Source: Escherichia phage KEP1. From it: a stretch of 64,000 nucleotides of DNA. The notes below the pieces were generated by a model that made no database searches, was not told the DNA's origin, and saw only the letters and a list, made by a program, of their open reading frames with translations. Position 1 is the first letter of the stretch; the number at the start of each line of letters is the position of its first letter. Of the stretch, positions 26,941-37,521 are shown in pieces. The stretch lies in sequence record PP047755. One strand, 5' to 3'. Made by a program: the position numbers and the translations under genes.

Positions 26941-27198
26941 TTATTTAGCCTTCTTATTACGTTTACGGTTACGAGCTTTCTTAGCTGCTCGTTTAATAGC
27001 TGCTGCACCAGACGGGCGATGGGCTTGTTTCTTACCACCTTTGCCACGGCCTACATAGATACTTTCCATAATCTCATTAGCCAGCCGCTCATCCATCTTA
27101 AAGTTCTGCATAAGATGAGTTACATCAACCCCAGTGAGCATACCTAATGAAGCTAGTGCTGCTTTTACTTTTGATTTAAAGCTATTCCAGATTCCCAT
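26941..27198 (-). CDS. hypothetical protein with highly basic C-terminal tail (85 aa)
   Basis: C-terminus AAIKRAAKKARNRKRNKKAK. Confidence 0.55.
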   Translation of the reverse strand: MGIWNSFKSKVKAALASLGMLTGVDVTHLMQNFKMDERLANEIMESIYVGRGKGGKKQAHRPSGAAAIKRAAKKARNRKRNKKAK

Positions 27199-27321
27199 TT
27201 CGTGTCTCTCTCAGTCTTTTCAAAAATGTTTTAAGTTCTTCTTCAGTGACACCAACGGTTAAGTTTGTTCTGTAGAACATTGTAAAGTGGCCTTTACCGA
27301 TAACCTACTTTACGACGAGAC

Positions 27322-27807
27322 TTACTCGGCTCTCCACTGACAATCGCCTTGCCACCCATACTCTTTTCTCCAGAGGTTTTGGTTATCAGAACCACGATAT
27401 GGTTTAACTGTTGGTTTAGATGAATCATACTTACCATCAATCACCACGTCAACATATTTCATCACATCTAAGTGAATTTTTTCGTGTAACTGAAAACCTG
27501 TCCAGAGCCAGATAGATTTTTCTGGGTAAACAGTTTTAATACGTTTACAAATGTTGGTGACCTCTTGAATATTTCTATCATCCAGAGGCTCTCCACCGAG
27601 TATTGACAACCCACTGATGGCCTCATCATCCATTAACTTAATGATGCCGTAGAGGTTTGCATAAGTAAACACTTTACCAGCATTAAACTTCCAAGACTCC
27701 CTATTAAAGCAGCCTTCACAGTGATGTTTACAGCCAGCTACGAATAGGCTTACACGAACCCCTTCACCATTAGCTGTGTCAAATGGTCTAATCTCCATGT
27801 AATTCAT
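27322..27807 (-). CDS. nrdG: anaerobic ribonucleotide reductase activating protein (radical SAM)
   Basis: CxxxCxxC cluster GCKHHCEGC near N-terminus; follows nrdD. Confidence 0.8.
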   Translation of the reverse strand: MNYMEIRPFDTANGEGVRVSLFVAGCKHHCEGCFNRESWKFNAGKVFTYANLYGIIKLMDDEAISGLSILGGEPLDDRNIQEVTNICKRIKTVYPEKSIWLWTGFQLHEKIHLDVMKYVDVVIDGKYDSSKPTVKPYRGSDNQNLWRKEYGWQGDCQWRAE

Positions 27808-27842
27808 CTAGTTACCTCACCAATATTATTTAATTGTTTTAC

Positions 27843-28238
27843 TCATTCAAACACCGCCTGACAAGGAACCTGTTTAGTAATAAACTCTTCACAGTGTTCT
27901 TTAATGAAGTTTTGTAATGGCACACAGTCTTGTGCACAAGTCATTAACATAATGTACTCTGGATTCATAATGTTTTCAAGACTGTAGAAGACAACATCGT
28001 TAGATAATTCATGACCGTCTTCTTCAGACCAAGTTCCAGTGACTACAGCTAATTTGTCAAGCAATTCATTAGGTAATGCTACATCATCTTCTACGGAGTC
28101 ACTTAGAACGTTGTCGCTGATGTACAATGTGAATACCGTGTGGAATGTTGAGTATCTTACATGATTCTTTTCGCAAGAGCCACACTCTGAGGCATAATCT
28201 TTAATCCACTCTAACTGTTTTTGGTTCAACTTAATCAT
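27843..28238 (-). CDS. hypothetical protein (131 aa)
   Basis: ORF. Confidence 0.55.
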   Translation of the reverse strand: MIKLNQKQLEWIKDYASECGSCEKNHVRYSTFHTVFTLYISDNVLSDSVEDDVALPNELLDKLAVVTGTWSEEDGHELSNDVVFYSLENIMNPEYIMLMTCAQDCVPLQNFIKEHCEEFITKQVPCQAVFE

Positions 28239-28435
28239 AATTTCACCTTAGTTGGTAATGTACTGAATGCTATGGCTAACCCTAAAAATGGTTTGAAGCA
28301 TGACCATAAATCCATCTGACCATGATATGAGAAACTCCATTGTGGGTCTGAAAAGCCCCATACCATAACGCTAACCCCAAAGAAGAAGATTAGAATGTGG
28401 AGTATGTATATCATCGCTTTTGATATTTTAAACAT
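28235..28435 (-). CDS. small membrane protein (66 aa, two hydrophobic helices)
   Basis: MIYILHILIFFFGVSVMVWGF and FLGLAIAFSTL segments. Confidence 0.5.
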   Translation of the reverse strand: MFKISKAMIYILHILIFFFGVSVMVWGFSDPQWSFSYHGQMDLWSCFKPFLGLAIAFSTLPTKVKL

Positions 28436-28589
28436 TTTAACTTACCTCTCAACTCACAATAAGAGAGTCCTAAAAAGAACCCTAGTAAGACAGAACCTAT
28501 GAACAACCCAATAATACTCTCTGCCATATCTAACATCCAATAAAAAAGGTGATGTAAGCCTATCAAGACCCACATCACCTTGTCAAGTT

Positions 28590-30734
28590 TTACATAGAGA
28601 CTCTATCACGAATCTCAGCGATTTTTGCATCGTTCATTCGGGATTCGCCTTTAATCTTAGTCCACCCAAGATACCCACACACCCTGTTAATCACAGAGAT
28701 ATCATGTGAATGGCAAATCTCACATTCTTCGACATCAGCCTTTGGTCTGTTACCACAATGCTCACAGATTGCTAAGTCAAAGTTAAGTCCCTGATAAAAA
28801 CCTTTCAACATGCCTCTTGTAATACAGCTTTTAAGTGCTGTTAAGTTTTCTGGGTTAGCTACTCTGACATACTGGATTCTACCACCTCTACAGATATGGA
28901 AGAATGGCTCTTCTAAGTCCTGCTTCTCAAATGGTGAGATGTCTGCTGCAACATTCATATGGAAACTGTTTGTAAAGTATTCCTTGTCAGAAACACCTTT
29001 GATAACACCAAACATTTCTCTGAACTGTTTTAGCTGAGTTCCACAAAGTGATTCTGCTGGAGTACCATAGACAGCATATAAGAAGCCATCTTCATTTTTA
29101 AACTCTTCAGTTTTCATGTTGATGTATGCCAGAACATCGTATGCAAAACTAGAGCTTCCAACTTCATGAAGTCGTTTACCTTCAGCAAGAACAGATAACT
29201 CATCCAGTGCGGTAACCCCAAAAGAAGCTGTGAAGGACTTCACGATATCCCAGCCAACCTTGTCAGTAGATTTCTTAGTCCCTTTGTACAGACCACCTTG
29301 TGTGAATGCAAGAGGGTTAGAACTTGCTGGCATATTAGCAATCATTTCGTAGCGTTTCTTGTGGAAGCTACGAATCATCTCTAGGTACTTATCAAGCTCT
29401 TTCCAGAAATCTAAGTCATTCCCTTTAGAATACTGGTAAATCATTGGCAAGTTCAAAGACACAGCACCAATGTTAGCACGACCAACGTAGAACTCTTCCC
29501 CATCATCATTAAGATATGGAGACAAGAAAGCTCTGCAACCCATCGGTGAAATTACCTTACCAGAACGCTCAAAAGCCTCTGCTACAGCACCGTGACCAGA
29601 TACACTTAAGAAATCTGGATACATTGCTTTAGAGCAACACTCGATAGCTTTACTGTACAGGTGACCTTGACAGATATTTTCATCATGTCTCTTCTGGTCA
29701 TAGATATAAACCAGTTTAGGGAATACAACAGGTTTTTTGCTCTTACCTTGTCCATTCATACGAACATCTAGGAGAGTACTTGCAATCATGTATTGTAGTC
29801 GGTTGTCTTCATTAGACATATCTGAGTCAAGTAGCCCAAATGTTAAAGTTGTGAATGCAAAATCACCACGGCTGCAAGGTACGGTATTTAGTTTCATCTC
29901 TAGTGACTGGAAGCCTTGAGTTAATTCAATCTGTAGCTGCTCCATGACATAGTTATGGTAATGTTCTTTAGGAATACCGTAAGATGCTGCTTTCTCAGCA
30001 TGATAGCGTAGAGACTTCTTAGCATACGGTACAAGCACCTTATCAATCTCTGCTAAAGTAAAGCCACCAAATTGCTGTGCAGTTGCTGAAAGAACTACAT
30101 CACCAATAACCTGTAAGGCTGACAGTACAGACTTCGGTTCACAGTATTCGATGCCAGACATTTCAAAGCCACCTTTCAGTACTTTACCAATGTCAAACAA
30201 GCAGCAGTTAATACCACCAAAAATTAAGTCTCTTAAGTCATGGATGTAGATAAACCCTTTTTCAATGGCTTCAAGTTCCTCTGGTGTTAAATGGTATTGT
30301 TTAAAGATTTCTTTAGTCAGATAACCACGAATAATTGAACCTTTTGTAGAAATTAAACTGCTGTCAAAGTTGGCATTTTCACGGTCACCTAAGAAGAGTG
30401 TGTCTCTAGTCTTTTGGTAAAGCTCATCCCAATTTTGAGCAACCTCTTTACGGTAATTTCTATATGTTGAGTAAGACTCGTAAATCTCGTGATTGACTTC
30501 TGCCAAAGCACCCTCAACAATACTGTGAATGTCATTTACCGAGATGAGCAAATTATTCTGCTTAGTGGACTTCACCAGAATCCTCATAAATGCTGACTCA
30601 AGAGCTTGGGTAACATCTGGTGGGAGTTCTTTATACCCAACCCTGTTAGCTGACTTAGTTACTGCTGCTAAAACTTTTTTGATATCCGGTTCTTCAAGTG
30701 AGCCATTCTTTTTAATAATCTGTACTTTGTTCAT
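28590..30734 (-). CDS. nrdD: anaerobic ribonucleoside-triphosphate reductase
   Basis: C-terminal glycyl-radical motif RVCGYLG and zinc ribbon CEHCGN..CEICH; ~714 aa. Confidence 0.9.
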   Translation of the reverse strand: MNKVQIIKKNGSLEEPDIKKVLAAVTKSANRVGYKELPPDVTQALESAFMRILVKSTKQNNLLISVNDIHSIVEGALAEVNHEIYESYSTYRNYRKEVAQNWDELYQKTRDTLFLGDRENANFDSSLISTKGSIIRGYLTKEIFKQYHLTPEELEAIEKGFIYIHDLRDLIFGGINCCLFDIGKVLKGGFEMSGIEYCEPKSVLSALQVIGDVVLSATAQQFGGFTLAEIDKVLVPYAKKSLRYHAEKAASYGIPKEHYHNYVMEQLQIELTQGFQSLEMKLNTVPCSRGDFAFTTLTFGLLDSDMSNEDNRLQYMIASTLLDVRMNGQGKSKKPVVFPKLVYIYDQKRHDENICQGHLYSKAIECCSKAMYPDFLSVSGHGAVAEAFERSGKVISPMGCRAFLSPYLNDDGEEFYVGRANIGAVSLNLPMIYQYSKGNDLDFWKELDKYLEMIRSFHKKRYEMIANMPASSNPLAFTQGGLYKGTKKSTDKVGWDIVKSFTASFGVTALDELSVLAEGKRLHEVGSSSFAYDVLAYINMKTEEFKNEDGFLYAVYGTPAESLCGTQLKQFREMFGVIKGVSDKEYFTNSFHMNVAADISPFEKQDLEEPFFHICRGGRIQYVRVANPENLTALKSCITRGMLKGFYQGLNFDLAICEHCGNRPKADVEECEICHSHDISVINRVCGYLGWTKIKGESRMNDAKIAEIRDRVSM

Positions 30735-30751
30735 TATTGCCCCTTTACATG

Positions 30752-30776
30752 CTAAAAAGGTCTCCGAAGAGACCCT
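30752..30776 (-). terminator. hairpin/terminator
   Basis: Minus strand GGTCTC-TTCG-GAGACC followed by TTTTTAGCA. Confidence 0.55.
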
Positions 30777-30782
30777 TTCATT

Positions 30783-30989
30783 TTAAATCTTTTTAGAAAA
30801 CTTTGAAACGAGTTTTCTTAGTTTTTCAGTGATGCCTAGCTGTATCTCTAATATTTCAAAGATAACCCATAATAGCATGGCTCCAAACAATGAACCTTGT
30901 TCAAAATCAGTAAATAGGTTAACAACAAGCATACCAATCACAATGGCTGGTGCATCAACAACCAAACCTTCCCAAAGGCGTTTAAGCAT
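30783..30989 (-). CDS. small membrane protein (68 aa)
   Basis: Hydrophobic segments AIVIGMLVVNLF and FGAMLLWVIFEIL. Confidence 0.5.
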   Translation of the reverse strand: MLKRLWEGLVVDAPAIVIGMLVVNLFTDFEQGSLFGAMLLWVIFEILEIQLGITEKLRKLVSKFSKKI

Positions 30990-31224
30990 TATTCACCTCT
31001 GCCATAAAATTCTGTAGTGTCCCAACAGGTTTTAGATTTTGACCATCAGTCTTCATGATGAATGGCATCTGACGAACTGGCATCTGTGCAATATCCATCA
31101 GGTCTGACAGTTCATAATCCTGCCCTAACATTCTCACAACATGGTCAATACCACGAGCTTTTGCAAAATTCTTTGCAGTCTCACACTGAGGGCATCCAGT
31201 TTTGGAGTAAATTACATAAGTCAT
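30982..31224 (-). CDS. glutaredoxin/NrdH-like redoxin
   Basis: Active-site CPQC in SKTGCPQCETAK; adjacent to nrdB. Confidence 0.8.
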   Translation of the reverse strand: MTYVIYSKTGCPQCETAKNFAKARGIDHVVRMLGQDYELSDLMDIAQMPVRQMPFIMKTDGQNLKPVGTLQNFMAEVNNA

Positions 31225-32297
31225 TAAGGAACCTCTAAAAATCCACTATTCAAATCATCTACAACAGTATTCAATAAGTACGCACCGTTCTGTTGCTCCT
31301 GATTAGCATTCTGCTCTTTATCAATTTCCATCTTCTTAATCATATACTTCAAAGGTGGTTCTTTAGGAGCTACAAAATCTCTAGGAATGCCAAACATATC
31401 ATACAGTGGGGCAGCATTATAGTAAACCCACTCATGGAGAAGCTTTGTATTTAAACCAACTACAGCACGTCCTTCGGAGAAGATATAATACGACCATTTT
31501 TCTTCGCTTTCAACTACTTCATCTAAGATTACTTTAATCTCTGGAAGAATTTGTTGGAAAGCTTTTTGCCACTCATCGTCTCTTAAAGTTTCTTTTAAAA
31601 CTTCAATATCAATTTTAGTGTGAAGGATTTCATCAAGCATAATTTTCTGAACAGCTTGAGCAATACCCTGAAATTTATCTTGAGCATCAAGTGCAAAAGT
31701 ACATGCAAAGGATGCCATAAAAGATATACCTTCCAGTGCAGTCACTGCAAATAGACCTTTCAGAATCACTTTATGGAAGTGTAAAGGGTCTTTGTCCAGA
31801 AGTGAGTCACGGACATAACTCAGTCGATAGTTTATACCTTCATCCAGTAATTCTTCAAGAACACGATTCACAGTTTTTAATCGGTCTTGTACAGCAATGT
31901 TCTGGTTAATCTCATCTAAGATTGTTTCAGGATTTTTAATACATTGTCTTACAATCTCTGAGTAAGTGAGGGCATGTAAGTTTTCAATCTCAGACTGCTT
32001 CATAATTGCAGTTGCATAAATGTCATCAGAGATGAATGGTGCAAAAGCAAACGCTAAACTCTTAGCAACTTGGGTATCTGCTTCCCACTGCCACTTAAGA
32101 ATCTCAAGCATTACACCTGACATTGATGCTGGCACACTTTCAAAATCAAGACGTGATTGTTCAAAAGGGAACTCATCTTCTGACCAGTCTTGCGCTTTTT
32201 GTTGTTTATATAGCTCAAAGATTTTTGGGTAGTGCTTGTTAAGTGAGTCAAATGTCTTTCTCTCACCACCTAAAAAGATTGGGTGTTGGTTAATCAT
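31224..32297 (-). CDS. nrdB: ribonucleotide reductase small (beta) subunit
   Basis: Adjacent to nrdA, size consistent with class Ia beta subunit; the ORF extends to 32357 but the MINQHPIF start at 32297 avoids overlap. Confidence 0.8.
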   Translation of the reverse strand: MINQHPIFLGGERKTFDSLNKHYPKIFELYKQQKAQDWSEDEFPFEQSRLDFESVPASMSGVMLEILKWQWEADTQVAKSLAFAFAPFISDDIYATAIMKQSEIENLHALTYSEIVRQCIKNPETILDEINQNIAVQDRLKTVNRVLEELLDEGINYRLSYVRDSLLDKDPLHFHKVILKGLFAVTALEGISFMASFACTFALDAQDKFQGIAQAVQKIMLDEILHTKIDIEVLKETLRDDEWQKAFQQILPEIKVILDEVVESEEKWSYYIFSEGRAVVGLNTKLLHEWVYYNAAPLYDMFGIPRDFVAPKEPPLKYMIKKMEIDKEQNANQEQQNGAYLLNTVVDDLNSGFLEVP

Positions 32298-32551
32298 AAT
32301 GTGATTTCTCCTTTCTTTATCATCTCTAAGGCTTGTTTTCTGTCTAAAACTTCCCAATTTTCTTTATTAAACATGTCATAAGGTCTTGCATAGATTTTAC
32401 CATCTGCTGTAGAGATGTAAGAGACGCCATCGACCCATGAGTCATCATTTTGTTTTATCATCATGTCTGTGCTACTCACATAGTACAGCGTTTTTCGAGG
32501 TTTGTGGAGCAAGTATATAGGCCATTCATGGTTTGCTATTAAATCTTTCAT
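32294..32551 (-). CDS. hypothetical protein between nrdA and nrdB (about 85 aa from internal Met)
   Basis: ORF 32294-32635; the internal start MKDLIANHEW at 32551 avoids overlap with nrdA. Confidence 0.45.
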   Translation of the reverse strand: MKDLIANHEWPIYLLHKPRKTLYYVSSTDMMIKQNDDSWVDGVSYISTADGKIYARPYDMFNKENWEVLDRKQALEMIKKGEITL

Positions 32552-32606
32552 AGTCTCTCCAAAGTTAATTTTAGAGGGTCTTTTACGACCCTCATAGTTG
32601 TTAAAA

Positions 32607-34841
32607 CTAAACACCACAACCCTCGCAATAAGCATCTTGCAGTGCAGATTTACCTACACCAATGCGACTGTTAAGGTAGTACATGGTTTTCATACCTACT
32701 GAGTTGGCATAAATCATGTACTTCAAAGCTTGAGCCAATGATACCTTTTTAGACTTTGCATAGTCAACATAGAAATCTGAAGAGATAGCTTGACCAGTGA
32801 ACTTTTGAACAATTGCATAACAATCAATCAGGTCAAAGGTGTCGATATCCCAAGCAATTTCATAGACATACTTCAATTCTTCATAATCTGGAACAATAAA
32901 CAGTACGTTACCAGTTGCAGACTTTTTAGTTAAAATAAAGTCACGAATTGGATACAAGCCATTTGTCGTATTAGTTGCCAGTGAAGAACTCTCATTAGGC
33001 ATGTAAGCTTCTAATACAGAGTTACGGATTCCACCATTCTCTTTAATACGTTGTGCTAAGTCATCCCAATCATAACGAAGTTTTGCATCATGCTTCTCAT
33101 CAATCCTCCTGTTAGCTGTCTTCGGAGGAACCCAACCTTCAGGATACTTAGTGAACTGTATATACTCAGGTACACCGCGTTCTTTAGCAAGTCTTAAAGA
33201 GGCTTCGTGTAAGTAGTAAGAGTGCATTTCAGCAAGCTCATGAAGCTTCGTCTTACCTGCTCTTGAAGAGTAGTTCACGTAGTTTTTTGCAAGGTAATGA
33301 GCCACATTTGTAAGGCCAATACCAACAGAACGACGCTTCTGAACATGGTTGCGCATCGACGGATACGGATAATCCATAAGGTCAATAACGGAGTCAACCA
33401 TTGCAAGAGCATAATAAGCAACATCAGCGTATTCATCTTCTGAAATTCTCCCTGCAACCAAACTAGCTAGGAAGCAAAGAGCTACCTCACCATCCTCTTT
33501 CACAGCATCGTCTCTGTAAAGGTCTGTCTCTTTCTCAAAGCCGTACACTGGCAACACAATTTCCATACAAAGATTTGACATCTTCAAAGGTTCTTTAAAT
33601 GGTGTATGTGTGTTTGCATTATTCGTAAAGAATGGGTACACACGGCCTGTTGCATAACGCTGCTGGATAAACAGTTTAGCAATTTCACGAGCCTTTACTC
33701 GTCTGTGCTTAACACCTGAATGGACTGCGTGACCAACTGCCATAGCAAACTCATCAGCAGATGCTGTGTAGAACATGTCATAGAGCTTTGGTGCATCCTT
33801 GTAAGAGAATAGCAACCAGTCTGTATCATATTGAACACACTGCCAGAAATAATCATTTGTACCGAATGAGTAGTCCATCTCGTTAATACGTTTCGAAGGA
33901 ACCGTTGTAGGGTGCTTCAAACGCAGTAAATCTTCAATCTGCGGGTCTAGAGCAGTGTAGAAGTTGTTAGCTGAACCACCACGGCTCTTCTGTTTGTTTG
34001 CCTCTACAGATGAACGTACAAGCTTGTAATAAGGCAGTTTACCCATGTGCTCAATAGTATTTTGACGGATACCATCACCAATAGTGCGAGTCTCCATCAG
34101 CATCCCAATACCAGCTTGCTTTGTAGTCATATCATAAGCAACCTTTGCAGCAATACCAAGCGATTCAGCGGTATCATTCGCCTTAATCAAACAGCATGAC
34201 GCATAACCTGATTTAGTAGCTCTTAAACCGTTTAAATAAGGTGTAGGAGCGTTAATCTTCAGGTCAGATAGGTAAGTGTACAGCTTGATAACATCTTGCA
34301 GTCTACGGTGCTTTGGTTGCTTCTCAAAGGCTTTCATAGCCATACCCATAAACATAAATTGTGGTGACTCAAAAAGTCTTCCCGTTTTAATATCACGGAT
34401 ACCATACTTGTCTCTGAACTGTTTCAATACTGCATAACCGTAAGAGATATCTTTTGAGTGCACGATGTAACCTTGCAGGTATTCAAGCTCTTCCTGTGAA
34501 TAATCCATCTTCTCCCAAAGTCCTGCTCTCTCCATATTCTTAACGAAGGTAATCAGCGTAGGAACCTTAGTAAAGCCTCCAAAGGCTTCTTTGTAGATAA
34601 TACCCAGAAGTAGTCGTCCAGCCATGTCTGAGTACTCTTGAGTTTGTTTATCAACACAAACATCAATCATGGCTTGGTGCATCTCTTTTGTAGTGCAACC
34701 CTCATAGACACGTTTCATGGCTTCCATAGTGACTTCTGACCAGATGATTCCACGCTTATCTGCCCATGATGCCCACTTATTCAGTCTTTCTGGGTCAAAG
34801 CTTACTACTGTACCGTTTGATTTTTTAATTGTCTTAATCAT
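32607..34841 (-). CDS. nrdA: ribonucleotide reductase large (alpha) subunit
   Basis: 744 aa; C-terminal CEGCGV cysteine pair; radical-site region NLCMEI. Confidence 0.9.
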   Translation of the reverse strand: MIKTIKKSNGTVVSFDPERLNKWASWADKRGIIWSEVTMEAMKRVYEGCTTKEMHQAMIDVCVDKQTQEYSDMAGRLLLGIIYKEAFGGFTKVPTLITFVKNMERAGLWEKMDYSQEELEYLQGYIVHSKDISYGYAVLKQFRDKYGIRDIKTGRLFESPQFMFMGMAMKAFEKQPKHRRLQDVIKLYTYLSDLKINAPTPYLNGLRATKSGYASCCLIKANDTAESLGIAAKVAYDMTTKQAGIGMLMETRTIGDGIRQNTIEHMGKLPYYKLVRSSVEANKQKSRGGSANNFYTALDPQIEDLLRLKHPTTVPSKRINEMDYSFGTNDYFWQCVQYDTDWLLFSYKDAPKLYDMFYTASADEFAMAVGHAVHSGVKHRRVKAREIAKLFIQQRYATGRVYPFFTNNANTHTPFKEPLKMSNLCMEIVLPVYGFEKETDLYRDDAVKEDGEVALCFLASLVAGRISEDEYADVAYYALAMVDSVIDLMDYPYPSMRNHVQKRRSVGIGLTNVAHYLAKNYVNYSSRAGKTKLHELAEMHSYYLHEASLRLAKERGVPEYIQFTKYPEGWVPPKTANRRIDEKHDAKLRYDWDDLAQRIKENGGIRNSVLEAYMPNESSSLATNTTNGLYPIRDFILTKKSATGNVLFIVPDYEELKYVYEIAWDIDTFDLIDCYAIVQKFTGQAISSDFYVDYAKSKKVSLAQALKYMIYANSVGMKTMYYLNSRIGVGKSALQDAYCEGCGV

Positions 34842-34858
34842 TTTTGAATCCTACAGAT

Positions 34859-34881
34859 GAAAAGAGCCTCCGAAGAGGCTC
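34859..34881 (-). terminator. hairpin/terminator upstream of nrdA
   Basis: Minus strand GAGCCTC-TTCG-GAGGCTC followed by TTTTCATC. Confidence 0.55.
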
Positions 34882-34887
34882 CCTAGT

Positions 34888-35262
34888 TTAAATCTTGAAA
34901 ATTTGCTCATTCTGCCACATATCGTAAAACTTATCACTTACTTTTGTGACTGAAGAAGTGTGCATACAATTCAGGGAGAACCATGATGATGTATTATCAT
35001 CCATAAGTGTTTCAAGTTTTTGTGTAACGTTCACATCCATGTCTGCAACAACGTAATTACCTCGCATCTTGCAAACAATTCTTCCAAACAAGATTGCACT
35101 TCTCCCTCTTCGGTCATCACAGTACATAACTGTATCTCCGTGCTTAACGTCTTGTCCGATACTGTCAACACCTAACTTAGCACCTGAGATAATGTCATCA
35201 TAAGATAACTTTTTTTGCTTTAGACACGGTATTTCTCCAAGTTTCTTTTTAGATATAACCAA
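34888..35262 (-). CDS. hypothetical protein (124 aa)
   Basis: ORF. Confidence 0.55.
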   Translation of the reverse strand: MVISKKKLGEIPCLKQKKLSYDDIISGAKLGVDSIGQDVKHGDTVMYCDDRRGRSAILFGRIVCKMRGNYVVADMDVNVTQKLETLMDDNTSSWFSLNCMHTSSVTKVSDKFYDMWQNEQIFKI

Positions 35263-35552
35263 CCATAGTCTGTTCTTTCTACACCCATGAAGAGTGGAGC
35301 CATCACAACTTTACCAAAAGTATTTCTGTGTTGGCAGATTTCAAAGGAATACTCTTTTTCAATATCAATCCCATATTTGTACAGGACTGCTTTTAAAACT
35401 TGTTCATTATCCAGAAGTGTATCTGGAGTCTCACCATACTTCTCAAGTAACGGGTCATACATAAACACCGTCATAGAAATATTATAGTTTGAGAAGTGGC
35501 TCTTCTGAGCCACACCTTCTTTATTAATGTTCTGTGAATCCATTATAACCAA
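35220..35552 (-). CDS. hypothetical protein (110 aa)
   Basis: ORF. Confidence 0.55.
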   Translation of the reverse strand: MVIMDSQNINKEGVAQKSHFSNYNISMTVFMYDPLLEKYGETPDTLLDNEQVLKAVLYKYGIDIEKEYSFEICQHRNTFGKVVMAPLFMGVERTDYGWLYLKRNLEKYRV

Positions 35553-36279
35553 CCCCTTTTAACCAGCACTTCAGGTTATTAGCATCATAATTCAGTTTCG
35601 GGTATGAGGTTACATGGAACTGCTCACCATCATAGTAGACAATATCTGCAATCCATAGTCCATTCTCTTTACAGAAATCTTTATCTGCTTTAGAGGTAAT
35701 TGGATTAACTTCTACAAAACCATCTACACCCAAATCCTTTAAGCTACCTACAATACCTTTGCAGATAACGCATGTCTCAGATACTACCACAAAAAGTTCT
35801 TGGCTTTCAAGCTCTACAATGTATTCACCAAGCTGTACTTTAGGGAGATTTGATTGCTTCATAATCTTCCCATCTGCTGCACGGACAATCGCATACCACT
35901 CTTTACCATCAACTACTGACATTCTGATGATACACTCTTGACCAGTACGCTTCTCAATATCTGCAAGACGTTTTAAAGCTTCTTCATAGTCATCTGTGTA
36001 CTTCAGGTCATTATTATGACAAACAGCTTCCATAGCACCGTTATGGTCATGTTGTGACAGATAAATCAGACCATCAAGAACATATTGCAAATCTGCCTGA
36101 GCATCCAGTGTCTCAATGGGGTCTTTCTCTTCAATTGCTTTTACAAGCTCTTTTGCTTCTTCAAGCATACACAGAGACTGGGATTTTAAAGATTCCCAAT
36201 ACTCATCACTGTAAGGTTGCTTTTGGGTGTTTCCACAACGAAGATTCCAGTTTTTTACTGCTTCTCTTGAGTTAAACAT
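35524..36279 (-). CDS. hypothetical protein (251 aa); N-terminal region weakly MazG-like
   Basis: LEEAKELVKAIEEKD..DLQYVLDGLIYLS resembles all-alpha NTP pyrophosphohydrolase helices (weak). Confidence 0.5.
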   Translation of the reverse strand: MFNSREAVKNWNLRCGNTQKQPYSDEYWESLKSQSLCMLEEAKELVKAIEEKDPIETLDAQADLQYVLDGLIYLSQHDHNGAMEAVCHNNDLKYTDDYEEALKRLADIEKRTGQECIIRMSVVDGKEWYAIVRAADGKIMKQSNLPKVQLGEYIVELESQELFVVVSETCVICKGIVGSLKDLGVDGFVEVNPITSKADKDFCKENGLWIADIVYYDGEQFHVTSYPKLNYDANNLKCWLKGVGYNGFTEH

Positions 36280-36517
36280 TCGGACTCCTTAAAAATCTGT
36301 TAACTTTTAGCTCTCGTGTTTCAATATATTCCAGATGCTCACGTAACTCTTGACGTTTAAGCATTAGGTGCTGCATTTGAGATTCAACAGCTTCAACTTC
36401 TTTAATTATTGACTCTCTGGCATTTGCAAGAGTGCGCTCAAGTTCTTCAATCTTGCTGTCAACCTTTGCTACATGACTCACAGCTTTACTTTTGTTAAAC
36501 ATTTTATTCTCTCTCAA
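36272..36517 (-). CDS. hypothetical coiled-coil protein (81 aa)
   Basis: Heptad-like charged helix. Confidence 0.5.
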   Translation of the reverse strand: MRENKMFNKSKAVSHVAKVDSKIEELERTLANARESIIKEVEAVESQMQHLMLKRQELREHLEYIETRELKVNRFLRSPNV

Positions 36518-36523
36518 TAGTTA

Positions 36524-37024
36524 TCAAGCACAATTTGCTTTCATTACCTTATGGATTCTTTTTTCAGCATCTTCATAAGTTTCTTTAGTAATAAACTTAA
36601 TTGCTGCAATATTGGCATTGTAGAAGAGTCTGAGCTTAGAGTCAATCCTTTTTGTCATTACATCGAATTTATGTTGGAGGTTTGCTTCACCATAAACTAG
36701 GCCACCTTTCGTGTAGTAGGTTTGGATAATGTAAAAGTCAAAAAATTCTTTTCCAAAGCTCTCAATATCTTTTTTAACATACTCAGAAGAAGTCTCATAA
36801 GTCATCCAATCACTCTCCTTAGTGACTACCTTCTTCCGAGTCTTACCAGCAACTTTTCTTTTAGTCACACTATTAAGCTGTTTCTTACCCAAATAGTACT
36901 GTCCAGTCTTTTTGCAGTACACTAGGTAGACAAAACCAAAGTGCTTTGCTGGGTCAACTTCACCACATAGTGAAATCCAATGTCCATAAGTTGGACAACT
37001 CCCAAAACCTTTAACTTTAATCAT
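36524..37024 (-). CDS. GIY-YIG homing endonuclease-like protein
   Basis: FGFVYLVYCKKTGQYYLGKK matches the GIY-(10)-YIG signature. Confidence 0.6.
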   Translation of the reverse strand: MIKVKGFGSCPTYGHWISLCGEVDPAKHFGFVYLVYCKKTGQYYLGKKQLNSVTKRKVAGKTRKKVVTKESDWMTYETSSEYVKKDIESFGKEFFDFYIIQTYYTKGGLVYGEANLQHKFDVMTKRIDSKLRLFYNANIAAIKFITKETYEDAEKRIHKVMKANCA

Positions 37025-37521
37025 TCATAAGCTTCTCCGTGATTTGTAAACTCTTTATGGAGTTCTTCTCTTTTCTTTTTGACAACTAATTCAGCCTCAG
37101 CGATAGAGTCAAATAAACCTAGATGATAGCAAACTTTATTATGCTTGACTTGTGCAGCCCATCTACCTCTTTGCTTATGGTAATATACACCCTTCACACC
37201 AGATTTATTATCTCTTCTTTTGGCTGCATTACAGTTATTGTCTGACCTACTACACTCTCTCAAATTGTCGAACCAGTTGTCGTGCCTGATACCATTCTTA
37301 TGGTCAACAAATTTTGGTAGGTATCCTTTCATATACAAGAATGCCAGTCTGTGTGCTGCATATCTTTTCCCGAAGAGTTTTATGTAGATATAACCACTAT
37401 GATGTTTAAGACCCGCTACTGAGCCAGCTTTGGCCTTACCTTTTCTATTAACTAACCAAGTAAAGACCCCTGTTTCGGGGTCATAGTGCAGGTATTCTTT
37501 AAGAGTTTGTTGGGTTAACAT
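37021..37521 (-). CDS. HNH homing endonuclease-like protein with AP2-type DNA-binding domain
   Basis: LHYDPETGVFTWL, HRLAFLYMKG, VDHKNGIRHDN, GVKGVYYHKQRGRWAAQ; paralogue of 47385-47918; start taken at MLTQQ (ORF extends to 37545). Confidence 0.7.
   Translation of the reverse strand: MLTQQTLKEYLHYDPETGVFTWLVNRKGKAKAGSVAGLKHHSGYIYIKLFGKRYAAHRLAFLYMKGYLPKFVDHKNGIRHDNWFDNLRECSRSDNNCNAAKRRDNKSGVKGVYYHKQRGRWAAQVKHNKVCYHLGLFDSIAEAELVVKKKREELHKEFTNHGEAYE

Noticed and set aside
28436-28589. 38-aa hydrophobic ORF on the minus strand upstream of the 66-aa membrane protein
   Set aside because: Plausible but too short to support without a clear ribosome-binding site or conservation data; left unannotated
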